Virus record (IMG/VR): IMGVR_UViG_3300037961_003440
Coordinates: 1-64,000 of that record
Direction: 5' to 3' (one strand)
Source of the DNA: a virus
Length of the DNA stretch: 64,000 nt
The translations under genes and the position numbers were made by a program. Under the pieces are notes generated by a model that saw only the letters and a program-made list of their open reading frames with translations, did not search any database and was not told the origin of the DNA. Positions 37,182 to 50,200 of this stretch are shown one piece after another (positions within the stretch are counted from its first letter, which is position 1; every line of letters begins with the position of its first letter).

Positions 37182-39443
37182 ATGGTAAGTACAGAAACAT
37201 GGATGGGTTCAGGACAATCAGTAACCTTAGCCCCAGAAAGCGAATTATTCTTAGGTTTTATGCCTTTAGGCCCAACTTTAGGAAGAACAGGAACGAACAA
37301 AGCACATCTAATTAAATATTCATTAGGATATGGTTTAGATGCAACAAATGTAACTCCAACATCAACAGCAAAATTTTCAGATTATTATGAGTTAGTTCCA
37401 GATTTATATACAGGATGTACTGCTGAATTTTATTATACCGATGATAGTTCTGCACCAACATTAAGATTTAGTGCTAATGTAGCGGGTAATGATGCAGATG
37501 CAATTTATTTTTCAGGTCAATTAAATGATTTTCCTTCATTATTTAATAATGATACAAATGCGACTACTGCTAACCCAAGAGGTTATATTATTTTAAAATC
37601 TAATGGTGCTGTAATTCCTGCACCTAATTCTTTTGAATTAATTGATAATTCACTTACACAACTTTCAACAGGTGATGCAACAATTACTAATGTTACAGGT
37701 AATGCACAAAAATATGTTGTAGGAGATATTATTAGAAGTTCTACCGGAGTAGAATTAGGAAGAGTTGTTAATTCAGGTACAGGCAGTTTAGGAACATCAA
37801 TTACTGAACCTACATCATCAACAACACATTTACATCTTATTACTAATTCATTAGCAACAGTTACAAGTTCAACAATCGCTTCAGTAAAAATTTGTACTAT
37901 TGTTACAAGTACAGATTTAACGGGTATATTAACAGCAGGTGATGAAGTAAGTAATCATGCTTCTGCCGCTACATCAAGTGTTGTAATGGGTAGAGTTATT
38001 ACAGTAGCATCAGATTCAATTAAAGTAGCATTAGACAATGCTAATCTTCAACCTACTAACGCAGACCAAATTTATTTAGGTAAATTACTACCATCATCGG
38101 GCAACACTCTTGATGCAATTTATAGAGTATCGCCAAGAATTTTGTCTAATAATTGGATTGGACTAACTAATTCTGTTGGTATTCCTCAAGTAGAAATGGA
38201 AACTAAACAGATGAATTTATCTTTAGCAGGTAGTAGAAATTACTCTTATCAATATAGAGGAATTGAAACAGCAGGTGCGGCAAGTCTTGATGTTAATTTA
38301 AATCACGGAACATGGCTTTATTACGCATTTGGTAAATTAGCAAGTGCATCTTCAACAGTTGTAGATACAGACCCTGCAACAAATCATTTTCAAAGAGCAG
38401 CAGATGGTAGTGATGTAAATAATGTAGCAATAGCACATCAGGTTTATGCAGGATATAATACAGACCCTGATAGAGATTATGATAGTCATTCACAAAACGG
38501 TAAATTCCATAGAGTATTAAAAGGTACAACAACAATTTGTCCTCCTTTGTTGCCTAATACGGGTATTGCTAAATTGACATTACCTAATGAACAACCAAAT
38601 GGTGTTAGTAGCAATTTGATTACTTATACCTTTGGAGAAAGAAATGATAATGAATTACCATCCTTTGCTTTAGAATTGTTAGTACAAAAGGGTAATGTAT
38701 TAGACGGTACAAATAAAACTTTGATGGTTGATAGAAATACATATAGTGAAAGTGTATATGCACAAATATATCCTAACTGTGTAGTTTCTGATATGTCTTT
38801 GTCTGCAAATGAAAATGAAGAAGTAAAGGTTACTTTAAATCTAAATACTAAGAGAGTATTTGAAGCACCTGCTGGTTATGTTGGTAAGTGTTATGATGCT
38901 ACTAATAATGATACTTCAGAATTTAAGAATTTGTTAAACTTTGGACAACAAACAGGAAATAACAGTAATATTGTTCAGTCATTCGTAGACCCATTCTTTT
39001 TCTCTAACGGTTCTATTACATTATTCGGACAAGAATTTATGAAAGTTAGTACCTTTAGTATTAGTCTAAATAACACATTGACTGACAAAAGATATGTTGG
39101 TAATTATAATAATCAAATTAAGTATTATGTACCCGGCCAAAGAACATACGAAGTTACATTTCAGGCTATGGTTACAGACAGAAGAATATTTGATGAATTA
39201 AGAAAACAAAGTCCACATCGTTTTAACTTAGGAGAAACTGCCGATGGTTCAAATGCTAAAATTGCTTTATCATTTACAAAACCAAATGGCGAATCTATAA
39301 GTTTAGAATTTGATGATTATATGATTAGTGCCGCTTCTTGGCCTATTCAAGATGATAGAGGCCCTGTAATGGTAGACTTTACTATTATGCCTATTAGAAC
39401 AGGAACAATTAATGCTTCAAGTCATTGGGTATTACAATCATAA
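37182..39443 (+). CDS. Major tail tube protein with large inserted domains
   Basis: LPSFALE, YPNCVVSDMSLS, PFFFSNGSITL, FSISLNNTL, GQRTYEVTF tube-like motifs; upstream of chaperone and TMP. Confidence 0.75.
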   Translation: MVSTETWMGSGQSVTLAPESELFLGFMPLGPTLGRTGTNKAHLIKYSLGYGLDATNVTPTSTAKFSDYYELVPDLYTGCTAEFYYTDDSSAPTLRFSANVAGNDADAIYFSGQLNDFPSLFNNDTNATTANPRGYIILKSNGAVIPAPNSFELIDNSLTQLSTGDATITNVTGNAQKYVVGDIIRSSTGVELGRVVNSGTGSLGTSITEPTSSTTHLHLITNSLATVTSSTIASVKICTIVTSTDLTGILTAGDEVSNHASAATSSVVMGRVITVASDSIKVALDNANLQPTNADQIYLGKLLPSSGNTLDAIYRVSPRILSNNWIGLTNSVGIPQVEMETKQMNLSLAGSRNYSYQYRGIETAGAASLDVNLNHGTWLYYAFGKLASASSTVVDTDPATNHFQRAADGSDVNNVAIAHQVYAGYNTDPDRDYDSHSQNGKFHRVLKGTTTICPPLLPNTGIAKLTLPNEQPNGVSSNLITYTFGERNDNELPSFALELLVQKGNVLDGTNKTLMVDRNTYSESVYAQIYPNCVVSDMSLSANENEEVKVTLNLNTKRVFEAPAGYVGKCYDATNNDTSEFKNLLNFGQQTGNNSNIVQSFVDPFFFSNGSITLFGQEFMKVSTFSISLNNTLTDKRYVGNYNNQIKYYVPGQRTYEVTFQAMVTDRRIFDELRKQSPHRFNLGETADGSNAKIALSFTKPNGESISLEFDDYMISAASWPIQDDRGPVMVDFTIMPIRTGTINASSHWVLQS

Positions 39444-39475
39444 GGTGTGGAAAATTATGTATAAGGTGAAATATT

Positions 39476-39844
39476 ATGGAACAAAAGAAAGTTTTAGGAG
39501 ATAAAAGTAAAATATTAGTAGGTGCAGAAGCAAAATTACATTATGTAAAAATAGAACCTGATAGTGATGAACATCTAAAGGTTTGGATTAAAGAGCCTAC
39601 TTATTTACAATTAGAGCAAGCACAAATGAAATTGTTTAATGTTGATGTAAATAGCAAAGATGTATCATTTGATATGAATGAAGTTTATAGATATTTATGG
39701 GATGCATTTGTACACAAAACAGAACCTGCTTTAACCGCTATTGATTTACTTAGGTTAAAGCCTTATGTTGGTTCACAGATTAAAGCAATACTTCCCGACC
39801 CATTTAGTTTAATGGAGGGGGATGATAATTTAAAAGAGAAGTGA
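39476..39844 (+). CDS. Tail assembly chaperone (G-like)
   Basis: Between tube and TMP; slippery heptamer at 3' end. Confidence 0.75.
   Translation: MEQKKVLGDKSKILVGAEAKLHYVKIEPDSDEHLKVWIKEPTYLQLEQAQMKLFNVDVNSKDVSFDMNEVYRYLWDAFVHKTEPALTAIDLLRLKPYVGSQIKAILPDPFSLMEGDDNLKEK
39829..39835 (+). other. -1 ribosomal frameshift site T TTA AAA
   Basis: X XXY YYZ heptamer in chaperone frame; -1 frame continues into the 39841-40050 ORF. Confidence 0.75.
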
Positions 39845-40050
39845 GAGTTGCTATTAGGTCAGGTAGAATATCTAACCCTAAAGTAGCATCAAGACTCTCG
39901 CTATATACTTTGGCTAAAGAATTACACATATCTCCAAAAGAGGTATTTGAATTACCATTTAGTTTAGTACAAGAATTATTGATGGTACACTCAGAAGTAG
40001 AATCGTATAAAGCAGATGAATTAGAAAAACAAATGAATAAAATAAAGTGA
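39841..40050 (+). CDS. Tail chaperone extension (T-like), probably expressed by frameshift
   Basis: -1 frame; LAKELHISPKEVFELP pattern of GT extensions. Confidence 0.7.
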   Translation: MRVAIRSGRISNPKVASRLSLYTLAKELHISPKEVFELPFSLVQELLMVHSEVESYKADELEKQMNKIK

Positions 40051-40054
40051 TACA

Positions 40055-42124
40055 ATGTCTGTTAAAGAAGATGCAGAAAAACTTGAACAAGTTTTTGATA
40101 ACTTAACTCAATCTATTCAAGATGCATCTAAGACATCAAACAAATTAAGAGATACATTTTTAGAATTGTCTAAATCTGGTACTGCGGCTGGAAATGCTTG
40201 GACTGTTATTTCTCGTTTAACTTCAGGTACAGGTTTTTGGAGAATACAAAATAGGGTTCGTGCTATTTCTAACTTTTTACAATTTCAAGATAAAAGAGCA
40301 GAAGCAATCGCTGAAAGTGAAAATAAAGCAATAGAAAGATTAGCAAAACAAGTTAAATTGAAAAAAGAAATTGACGGGGCACAAAGACTATTAGATAAAG
40401 TTATAATAGGTACTGCAACTGCGGAAGAAAGAGTTACATTTTATAAATCAGAACAATATAGATATTTAGAACAAACAATGGGTGGAACAAAGGCTTTACA
40501 AGAAATGACAGGTAGATTACAATATGCTTCAGAACAGTTATCTAAAACTGATGCTATTACATTACAAAATAGAGCAAGAAACTTTCAAAAAGAATTAGAA
40601 AGCCGACAATCATTACTAAATATAATTACTAATGGTAGAAAAGTAGATGCTGCATCTTCGGATTTACAATTAAAAAGATTTAAAAAATTATCAAAAGAGC
40701 AACAACAAAGTTATATGCAATATATAGATTTTTCAGAAAAAAGAAAAAGATATGAAGATGACCAAATTAAAGCACAAACAGAATTGTTAAATATAACAGG
40801 AACTTTAGCAACGGCTGAAGATGAACTTGCAAGGAAAAAAAGCGTACATCAATCAAAAATAGATTTAATAGATAAAGAGTTAAAAAAGGAAGATGGAGAA
40901 ACTAATGCAAGTAAAGTAGAAATTAGGAGACTTAATGAAAAAAGAGATGAAATGAAAAGAAAATTTGAAGAAGAAAATAAACCTCTTAAAGAAGAAATAG
41001 AAAAACAGAAAAAAGAAAAAGAATTTTTACAAAAAGAAACAAAGCGTCTTGGAGAAGAATTTGATGCTTCAGAACAAAACGCTAAAGATGCTAAAGCAAA
41101 ATTAAAGAAAGATAATATTGATGTTTCAATGAAAGATGGTGGAACAATAGAGAATGACCCTCAAAATCAAAATAGAGGTTTTAGAGAATTTCTTAAAAAT
41201 AGAATTCCGGGCGGTAAAAAAATTGATAAAGTTATAACAATGGCGATGGCGTTTTATGCTTTAAATAAAGCAGAAAAGATAGAAAAATTAAGAAATTTAG
41301 TAAGAGGTAGTTTAAGACTAATAACACGATTTTTAAGAGGCGTATTTATATGGTTGCCTCTTTTAATTTTTGGGTTAATGGCTCTAAAACAAACAGGTTT
41401 ATTTGATGTAATAATAAATTTTGCGAAAACTGCGGTTAGGGTTGGTTATAATATATTTCAAGGTATTCTTGAAATAGGTGTAATAATAGGAGAAATATTT
41501 GGAAACGCTCTTAATTTTATTGATGCGTTATTTAATGGTGATAGCGGAGATGCGTGGAATGCTCTTAGTACTTTATTTATGTCGGTACTGGATTTAGTAG
41601 GTAAATTATTTGAATTTATATTTATAGATGTATTATGGGGATTAATATCAGGTTTCTTTGTTGGTTTATTTGGTAAGTATTTTGCAGAAGCCGATTCAAA
41701 ATTTTCTGCTATTGTTAAAGCAATATCTGATATAGGACTTGTAGTACTTGCTATTAAAGTAGCATTATTATTATTACCTACAAGTCTACCACTTGCTATT
41801 GCAGGTGCTATTGTAACTGCCTTTATCGGAGGGGGAATAAGAGATTTATTATTTAATCTTGTAGGTATGGCTGATGGTGGTTTAGTAACTAAATCATCAC
41901 CTTATTTAGTGGGTGAAAGAGGGCCTGAAATAGTTAATCTAAAAGCAGGAGATTATGTAACACCTAATCATAAAATACCAACAGGTTCAACTACTAATAT
42001 TACAGTAAATGTAAATGGTAGATTAGGCGCATCTGATTCTGAATTAAATGATATAGCAAATAAATTAAGTAGAAAAATATCTTTAGAAATGAATAGAACC
42101 AACCCAACAGGAGTTTATAGGTGA
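40055..42124 (+). CDS. Tail tape measure protein
   Basis: Coiled coil, hydrophobic segments, C-terminal GMADGGLV...LVGERGPE motif. Confidence 0.88.
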   Translation: MSVKEDAEKLEQVFDNLTQSIQDASKTSNKLRDTFLELSKSGTAAGNAWTVISRLTSGTGFWRIQNRVRAISNFLQFQDKRAEAIAESENKAIERLAKQVKLKKEIDGAQRLLDKVIIGTATAEERVTFYKSEQYRYLEQTMGGTKALQEMTGRLQYASEQLSKTDAITLQNRARNFQKELESRQSLLNIITNGRKVDAASSDLQLKRFKKLSKEQQQSYMQYIDFSEKRKRYEDDQIKAQTELLNITGTLATAEDELARKKSVHQSKIDLIDKELKKEDGETNASKVEIRRLNEKRDEMKRKFEEENKPLKEEIEKQKKEKEFLQKETKRLGEEFDASEQNAKDAKAKLKKDNIDVSMKDGGTIENDPQNQNRGFREFLKNRIPGGKKIDKVITMAMAFYALNKAEKIEKLRNLVRGSLRLITRFLRGVFIWLPLLIFGLMALKQTGLFDVIINFAKTAVRVGYNIFQGILEIGVIIGEIFGNALNFIDALFNGDSGDAWNALSTLFMSVLDLVGKLFEFIFIDVLWGLISGFFVGLFGKYFAEADSKFSAIVKAISDIGLVVLAIKVALLLLPTSLPLAIAGAIVTAFIGGGIRDLLFNLVGMADGGLVTKSSPYLVGERGPEIVNLKAGDYVTPNHKIPTGSTTNITVNVNGRLGASDSELNDIANKLSRKISLEMNRTNPTGVYR

Positions 42125-42128
42125 TTAA

Positions 42129-42881
42129 ATGACAATATACAATACTAATTATATTTCAGATGCTATGTCAAGTGCTGATAGTACTAAACCAATGCACCAT
42201 GTTTTTTTAAATCTAAAAGCAAGAAATGATGACCATACAGGAAAAAATTTTGAAACAAACAGAATAGGTTTAAAATGTGAATCTGTAAGTATTACTACTT
42301 CAAGAACAGTACCTTCTATACCAATTCCCGGTGTTGGTGTAGTTACAGGTGAATCACAATCAATAGGATTAGATTTGGGTATGGCTACTAAATCAATAAA
42401 TTTATCAGGTATAATTACTAATCAAATAATAAGTAAATCATTTGATGATGTAGAAGGTTCAGAACCTGAAAATCCAACAGTAGAAATGACAGCATTTGAA
42501 ATAGGTCAATTGCTACACGCATATGTAGATTCATCAGGTTTTCAAAAACATCAATCTATGAATGAATTAATTATATTAATTCCAAGTAGAGTTAATCATC
42601 AATTTCAATATCATACGGGATTACCTGAAGCAACAGGGGGTTCTTTATCACCTATTGAACATTTACCTTTAATACCATTTACATATAAAACAAGAAATCA
42701 AGATAATAAAGGTACAGTATATGGTGCTATACCTGACCATTCTAATTTTCCTAAACCAATACAAGATACAGAAGAAGTAGAAGGTCTTAGAGGTTTTATT
42801 AGAAGTTTTAATTGTCAAATAACTGCTGGTGTACCATATTTGACATTTACTTTAGATTTTGAAGTTGCATTTATAATTTAA
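42129..42881 (+). CDS. Probable distal tail (Dit-like) protein
   Basis: Immediately after TMP; TKSINLSGII and FTLDFEV beta patterns. Confidence 0.6.
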   Translation: MTIYNTNYISDAMSSADSTKPMHHVFLNLKARNDDHTGKNFETNRIGLKCESVSITTSRTVPSIPIPGVGVVTGESQSIGLDLGMATKSINLSGIITNQIISKSFDDVEGSEPENPTVEMTAFEIGQLLHAYVDSSGFQKHQSMNELIILIPSRVNHQFQYHTGLPEATGGSLSPIEHLPLIPFTYKTRNQDNKGTVYGAIPDHSNFPKPIQDTEEVEGLRGFIRSFNCQITAGVPYLTFTLDFEVAFII

Positions 42882-42893
42882 GGAGAATATATT

Positions 42894-44249
42894 ATGACAG
42901 TTAGTGCTTATGTTGATGAAGGAAAATGTTTAGTTTTTCCTACAATGTGCGATGCATATATTCACTTAGAATATGCTAAACATAATATGAATACAAATAA
43001 TGGATTGTGGAATATTAATGGTTCTTTTACAGGTCAATTTATTATTAAGCCTTATGATGTAAATGGTTATGGTGATAATACAGGCCAAACAAATAAAGAT
43101 TTAGTAGCAAATGGTGGGGCAGGAAATATTACAAATAAAAAAACAATGCCAGCAATTGCTGATGGTGCAAAAGATAGTTTTGCTGCTCATGTTTTTAGAA
43201 ATAATCAAGCCGAAAAATATTTACCAAATAGAGAAAGATATTTGGCTAAAGATATGACTGGTCAAATAATAAATAATAATCCGCATGAAATGTGTTTGTT
43301 TCATAATAACAATATAACTGTCAATTTAGTTAATACTACTGACCATAATCAAAATAATCCTGCTGAATATAAAGTACAATTTAAATTAACCATAGATGGA
43401 ACAGAAACAATATTGGAATCAACTAATGTATTTACAAGTAGAAAATATCATTATTCTGATGTTTCTAAAGTTAGAAATCAAGTTATATCTGATGGTTCTA
43501 CTGTAACTGTATTTGATGATTATCATTTGCAATTTGTTTATGACAAATATAAAATTATAGGAAAAGAGGCAGGACAACCACCTCATTCATTAATAGGTAA
43601 TGAATACAAAGAAGGATATACAATAAAATTTACACCGGGAAATACACCAACTTCTGAATTTAATACAAATTTAAATCAAGCAGGAATTGTAATAAATGAC
43701 CCTACGGGTAATCAACCAACTCCTTTTGAATCTATACCTATTGGAACAGAAATGTTCACCGAAGATGGAATATCATTAGGTAAAGTAATGATGGTTATTC
43801 CTAAAGCACCTCCTATTTTCCCAAATCATGCTATTGCATTTCACCCCCTTCCGGCAGGTTCTACAATACCAATTTTAAGAGATGGTGCTAAAATTTATAC
43901 TGCTATTCACCGTGAGCCAATGTATATTCATACCACTACGCATATTTCTGTTGCTTATGAACAAACTACAAGAAGAATGAGTATATTCGCAAATGGTATA
44001 GAAGTGGCTACTACAACACACGATTCTACAACAGGTAGTTTTTCTTTAGATGCAAGTGATGTATATATTGGTCAAAATGCTACTTTAGCATATCCTAACG
44101 ATAGAAAAACACAATTTATGGGTGAGTTAGACAGTATATTATTTACTGATACATATATGACTAATTATACGCATTTATTTAATCCTGTTGCGCCATACCA
44201 AAATATAATGCTTTATTACGATTTTAGTGAGGGGAGAGATAATGGTTAA
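42894..44249 (+). CDS. Tail protein with LamG/concanavalin-like domain
   Basis: HISVAY...SIFANG...VYIG...FMGELD...LYYDFSEG. Confidence 0.7.
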   Translation: MTVSAYVDEGKCLVFPTMCDAYIHLEYAKHNMNTNNGLWNINGSFTGQFIIKPYDVNGYGDNTGQTNKDLVANGGAGNITNKKTMPAIADGAKDSFAAHVFRNNQAEKYLPNRERYLAKDMTGQIINNNPHEMCLFHNNNITVNLVNTTDHNQNNPAEYKVQFKLTIDGTETILESTNVFTSRKYHYSDVSKVRNQVISDGSTVTVFDDYHLQFVYDKYKIIGKEAGQPPHSLIGNEYKEGYTIKFTPGNTPTSEFNTNLNQAGIVINDPTGNQPTPFESIPIGTEMFTEDGISLGKVMMVIPKAPPIFPNHAIAFHPLPAGSTIPILRDGAKIYTAIHREPMYIHTTTHISVAYEQTTRRMSIFANGIEVATTTHDSTTGSFSLDASDVYIGQNATLAYPNDRKTQFMGELDSILFTDTYMTNYTHLFNPVAPYQNIMLYYDFSEGRDNG

Positions 44250-47200
44250 TGTAGAATATAATTCAACCATAATACCATTAAATGTTGGTGTTCCGCTTCT
44301 TAGTCCTGTTTCAACATGGCCTCATACTTCAGGTACTTATAGCGATACGGGTTCTACAATTAAAAGTGCTTTTTATAATGTAAGTCAAAATCCAAGAATA
44401 ATTATTAAAAATACATATGTTGGAAAAAGTATTAATTGTTATGAAATACACAATTCTCCAGATACACCTTTATCGAGTGTTGCTTCAAATGTTTTTGAAG
44501 TTAAAAATATACAACGCTCAGGTGGTTTTAGTACTTCGGTATTAAATAGAGTCTATCCTTTTAATTTAAATCTTGAAAGTTATTTAGAAGTAAGTGCCGC
44601 TACAAAGGGAAATAGAATTTGTTTAGAAGGACAAGGTGCATTAACAACATTAATTAGTGGTTCTACTTTAGATACAGCAAGTGATTATTTTGTTGTAATA
44701 AATGCAGATGACCCTTTAAATCATCATATTGCTAAAATTACAGAATTACATACTTATGAAGTATTTGGAGATGGTTTTGATTTTGAACCTGCTTATCATA
44801 AAGAAGTTCCAAAAGGTACTAAAATTAGTATATATAAAGGCCCAGATTCAACTGATACACATATAGTAGCAGTAGGTTATGGATTATTAGGAGATTCTAC
44901 AACAAGTGATGAAAGACACGATAGTTATGTAGAAGTTAGTAGACCAACATTTTATTTTTACGAAGATAGATGCGATGTAAATAAATTACTCGGAGATACA
45001 AAATATAAAGTTACTAAAACTTCAGCACACGGTTCAGGTGACCCATTTACCGGAGGTAGTTTAACTTTTGATTTTGGTAAAAAACAATCAACAGCACATA
45101 GTTTATTTCATTTAACAACACCAGATTTACATAAGTTTGGTTCTTCTATATGTTTTAAAACCACATCTTCACACGGTAATTTTATTCAAGATAAATCAAG
45201 ATATAGTCAATTTGGTTTATTAAAAGATAATTTAAAAATAAACGATGAAACTATAACACAAGCATCTGGAGTAATGAAACAAAGAATAGTATCTAATGGT
45301 GCAGTAGAAGTTTATAATAACCCTAATATAGATTATATATGGAATACACAACCACATTCAGAAACATATGATACAAGTTTAGGTGAATGGGATAAATGTT
45401 TTAAAAATATAAATAGAGATGGACATCATTTAACAACAGGTTTAAGTAAAGAATCTTATGATTCTAATATTAAAAGATATGTTGAATATGAAAATTCTGA
45501 TACAAAAAATAACGCAATACCTCAAGTATCTAATATAGATATATATGAATCAATAGTTAGTGTTGGTAATTTTATTGAGGTAAATATACCTGACCCTAAT
45601 AGAATAGTAGATTTAAAAATAAAACCATATGATAAAGTATCTTTAAGAGAACAATTAGATGATATTGATTATGAAGGAAGAATGAGCATACCTTTAATTG
45701 GTAATGCTAACTCAAGTACAACAGGTTGGAGTTTAACAATAAAAGGGTTAAGTCCAAATCAAGACTTAAGAACAATATGGGGAAGTTCAGATGTTGCCGC
45801 TTTAAATCCAGATGGAGTAGCGCATAGTGATAATTTAAATAAATTAAGAATAAAAAATATTATTTTTATGGGAGATTTTAATTCTGCACCGGTTCAGGGT
45901 GATGATGGTTATGAACAAGTATTTACTATTACACATAGAAGAAATGTAAATACAGATGCTACTTGGGTAGTTTGTACAGGTAATTGGTCTTTAGAAGATT
46001 TTGTAAATGAAACTGCCTTTGTTTATACTTACAATGGTAGAACTAAATTATTTAATACTAATGTACAGATAGATACAGAATGGGATGGTACTAATTTAAA
46101 AAGAGATGGTAATATAGTCGGAATTAATGATTCTTATTTATCTAATACAGAATTTTTTGTTAGAGATAGAGATTTAACGGGTTTTAGAATACCAATAAAA
46201 TATGGTGACAAAAATTTAAATTATCTTAAACCTTTATATGATGATTATGATTGTTATCAAATTAAAACTACCGTAAGAGGGAATAATAGCATTGTTAATG
46301 TACCTAATTTATATGAATATATTAATGGTAATATTATATATGATAATAAACTATTTGAAGGAAATGTAGAATATCTGGAAGATGAAATACAACCAAGCGG
46401 TATATTACAATATAAATTTAAAGGAAGAGATAGAGTTTCTGATGTATTAGATATTGTAGTTAATCATAATTTTACTCATACTTCAGATTATATTTACACA
46501 ACTAATAATCCTACTAATGATTTAACTACTGTAATATTTAATTCAAATGCAAATACAGTAAATATAAAAGATTTTGATTATGGAGATACCGTAATTAGTT
46601 TATTTAGTTTTGATTCTATTATTAGCACTCAAACCAATATAGAAGTAGGAGATACATTATTTTGTAATATTAATGGAAAGTGTAGATTAATAGGTATAAT
46701 ACAAAGTATTTCAGGAGAAACAGCAGTATCAGGTACTTATTGGAATGGTTCAACAAGAACGGCTATTCCTCAACCTAATAATGGGTATAATATTACTTTA
46801 ACAGAAGCAACAAATTACTCTTCTAAAAATAAAACCTACGGTGCAGATAATTTAAGAGTTAGTAAAAAGACTACTTCTTTAGGAAAGGCTTTATCTTCTA
46901 ATTTATCTAATAATATAAGACCTACTTCATTAGAAGGTTGTTCAAACAAAGGACTATTATTTGTTGACGGTAATAGTATAAATTTAACAAGTGGAGAAAA
47001 AATAGAAAAATTAAGCAATTTATCTGCTATTGATTCAGAATTTTCTCAAGGTTTTCCTATTTCAAATATAAAAGGTAATGAAATAAGTGCAAATTTACCA
47101 GATTATAAATTTAACATAACCACAGATATTAATGAAAATATTATTAAAAAGTATGATACTATAAGTAGTCCGACAGAAATGGGAGTATTAAAAATAGAAG

Positions 47201-50200
47201 CATTAGAAAATAAACTATCGCTTATTACTTTAGCACCAATTTTTCCTGTTGTATTAGCAAAGACAGCCGAAAATACATTAGACACTACTTTAACAAATTC
47301 ACAAGGATTATATTTTGTAAATACACAGGGGTTATCTAATGGAGGATTTTTACATTATCTTAGTAGTGAAACTAATAATAACGGGGCATCTAAAACCTTT
47401 ACAAATCCCGGATATATTGATGACCCAACAGATGTAGATGGTATAGATTATAGACTTGAAGATAATTATGGTACATTTATATGGAGATATATTGGTCTAC
47501 AAGAATCAGATAGCACATTGGTTTGGAATAATGCTATGATAGATAGAGTTTGGAATGTTAAATATAGCCAAACAAATAGAGAATTAAATCATATGTATGG
47601 AAATAAATCTCCTATTAATGGTTATGCTTCTGCTGTTAGAATAGAATATGATGGAGTAGTTAGAAATTGGGATTATCAATCAGTAATAACACAAGCATGG
47701 TTAAAGCAAAATTCACCTGAAGGTAGAGAAGGATTTTATAATATTGAAGGTTCAAGATTTTGGGATATTCTTAAAATGCCTAATGAAATTAGAAATCAAA
47801 TTGCAGGTTTTGGTTTAGTGCTTAACCCAACATATGCGTTTAGAGAATCAAGTCTTAGAAGTTATTATCCTAAACTTTCTACAAGAATAGGTTTTCCCGG
47901 AGATTTAATTAACAATTTAACAGGTACATATTATCAGTATAGAGAAAATTATGAAGCATTTGATAAAGGTATAGAAAACTTTTATTTATTTTCAACAGGA
48001 GATATATATCCTGATAGTTATAAAAGAACAAATAGTATAGGTTTTACAAATAGAAATTTGTCAGATTATGGTATTATTTTTAAATCAAAGGGTGTTAAAG
48101 GCAATACTATAATAGAACATAGTAATTATAAAGGTACAATAGTAGATACATTAGAAAGTGACACAAGTTATGAAATAATGCCTATAAATAATTCTAATAA
48201 AAATACTTCTGAATTAAAAAGAATGGGTTTAATGAGATTAATAGAGGTAACCTATGATTGGCATTTTAATGAAGTAGATTATGAAAATTTAGATGATATA
48301 GTAAAATCAAGAAAATCAAGATTTACAACTGAAATAAAACCATTAGGTGATTATGTAGAGTTTTTTCCGGGCGAAATAGATATGTTAAAAACATCTTTTG
48401 GTAATCCAAAAGTAATAGGTTTTAGTATAGATGGTTCTACACAAGCAAATGGAGAATATACTGAATCAGGGTCACTTAACGGTAGTGCTTTACCATATTA
48501 TATTATAGAAGAAGGTTCAACAACAATTCCAAACACAGTATCAGGGGTAATGGACTTTTTTAAAATATATACAGATTATGATAATTTTGATACAGGTTCA
48601 ACTAATTTACTTGGTACTTATCAAGCCCAAATTTTAGGATTAACAAATATTGAAGGTGGTTATAGAACAGTCAATACAGGGCCTAATCAATTAAGATTAC
48701 AAGGTTCTTGGCATACAGAAACAGGTATATTAGCAGGTAATTTAGCATCAAGTGTTACACAACAACCTATTGGTGGTACTGTTGGTACTTATACTGCTGT
48801 TGTTACTACAACAAATAATACCAATAGAGCAAGAGGATTTATTTGTGATATTACATTAGATTCACCAACTAATGTATCATCTATAGTATTTCATGAAGAA
48901 TCAAGTAGCGTATTTATTGGTAAGAATATACATTATAAAGGTGCTCATTATCAAGCAGGAGATACTGTTACAATTGCTGGTTCTGCTGTGGGTTCTTCGC
49001 AAGACATTATTATTACCCTACAAAATTCCGATTTAACTACCGAACATAGAATATATTTATTTCAAACCGGTCAAGCATCTGGGCAAAATAATAATGCACT
49101 AAATTATGAAGATGTAATTACAGGTACTAATATTAAAAGATGTGATTATACCGGTTTATTAAAAATGACAGCAGATGGACAAGATGAGCCTCAAGATATA
49201 CATTCTTATGAAGTAAGAACAAATGAAGGTGATTTTATTGCTAATAGTATTGCATATACAGGATTAAGAGCAGAAAACTATTTCTTTAACTATACTACAA
49301 TTTTAGGTGCATTAGATAATGATGATGGATTTTATAAAGGAGTATATGAAGATACAGCAATAACTACTCAGACTGATGCAGAAAAACAAAAGGGGTATCA
49401 TATATTTATTCCTTATCATGTAACAGGGGGAAGCAGAAATAATTTACATGAATCTGTTGGTGCATTACCATTAAAAAGAGGTACGCCTATAAGATTTGGT
49501 AGTCTATTACCTTTTTCACAAGGCGTAGATGTAGATTTAAGAAGTACACAAGGTAACACAACAAAATCTTTATCAAGAGTTATAGATGCATTTTCTGAAT
49601 GGGATGATGGAACACAAACTGCAAATACAAGACCTGTTGGTTATGCACCAAGTCATTTATATACAGATACTATGTTAGTTATTAAAAGATTAAAAGCACA
49701 TAATCATTCAATGCTTGGACAATCAAAAGGTTTTCCTATGCAAAATGCTCATATTTATGGCGATACAACTTCTATTAACACTAAGATAAATACAGAAGAA
49801 ATTTATAATGGTTCTACAATACCAAACTTACATTTATCTTTTTGTTTTACAGATTCACAATCTTCATTCCCTTCAATTTTATACGCTTATAATTTTACAG
49901 ATGTATCACAATACCCTAATAGAACAACTTATGGTTTTGAATCTACGGGTACTCAGGCATATGGTTCTGTATCAACAAATAACCATAGATTTTTATCTTC
50001 AACAGGAGGTAGAAATGTAGTAGATGATAGAGGAAATGATTTATTGGATAAATCAGACCAAATATACGGGGCAGAAATTTTATTTAAATTAAATTTATCT
50101 TTACTTGCCAGCAATGTATCAGTTATAGAATTAGATAATTTATCTCAAACAAGTGGAAGTTTAACACTTAATGCTAATGGCTCTACTACAAATGGTAGAG

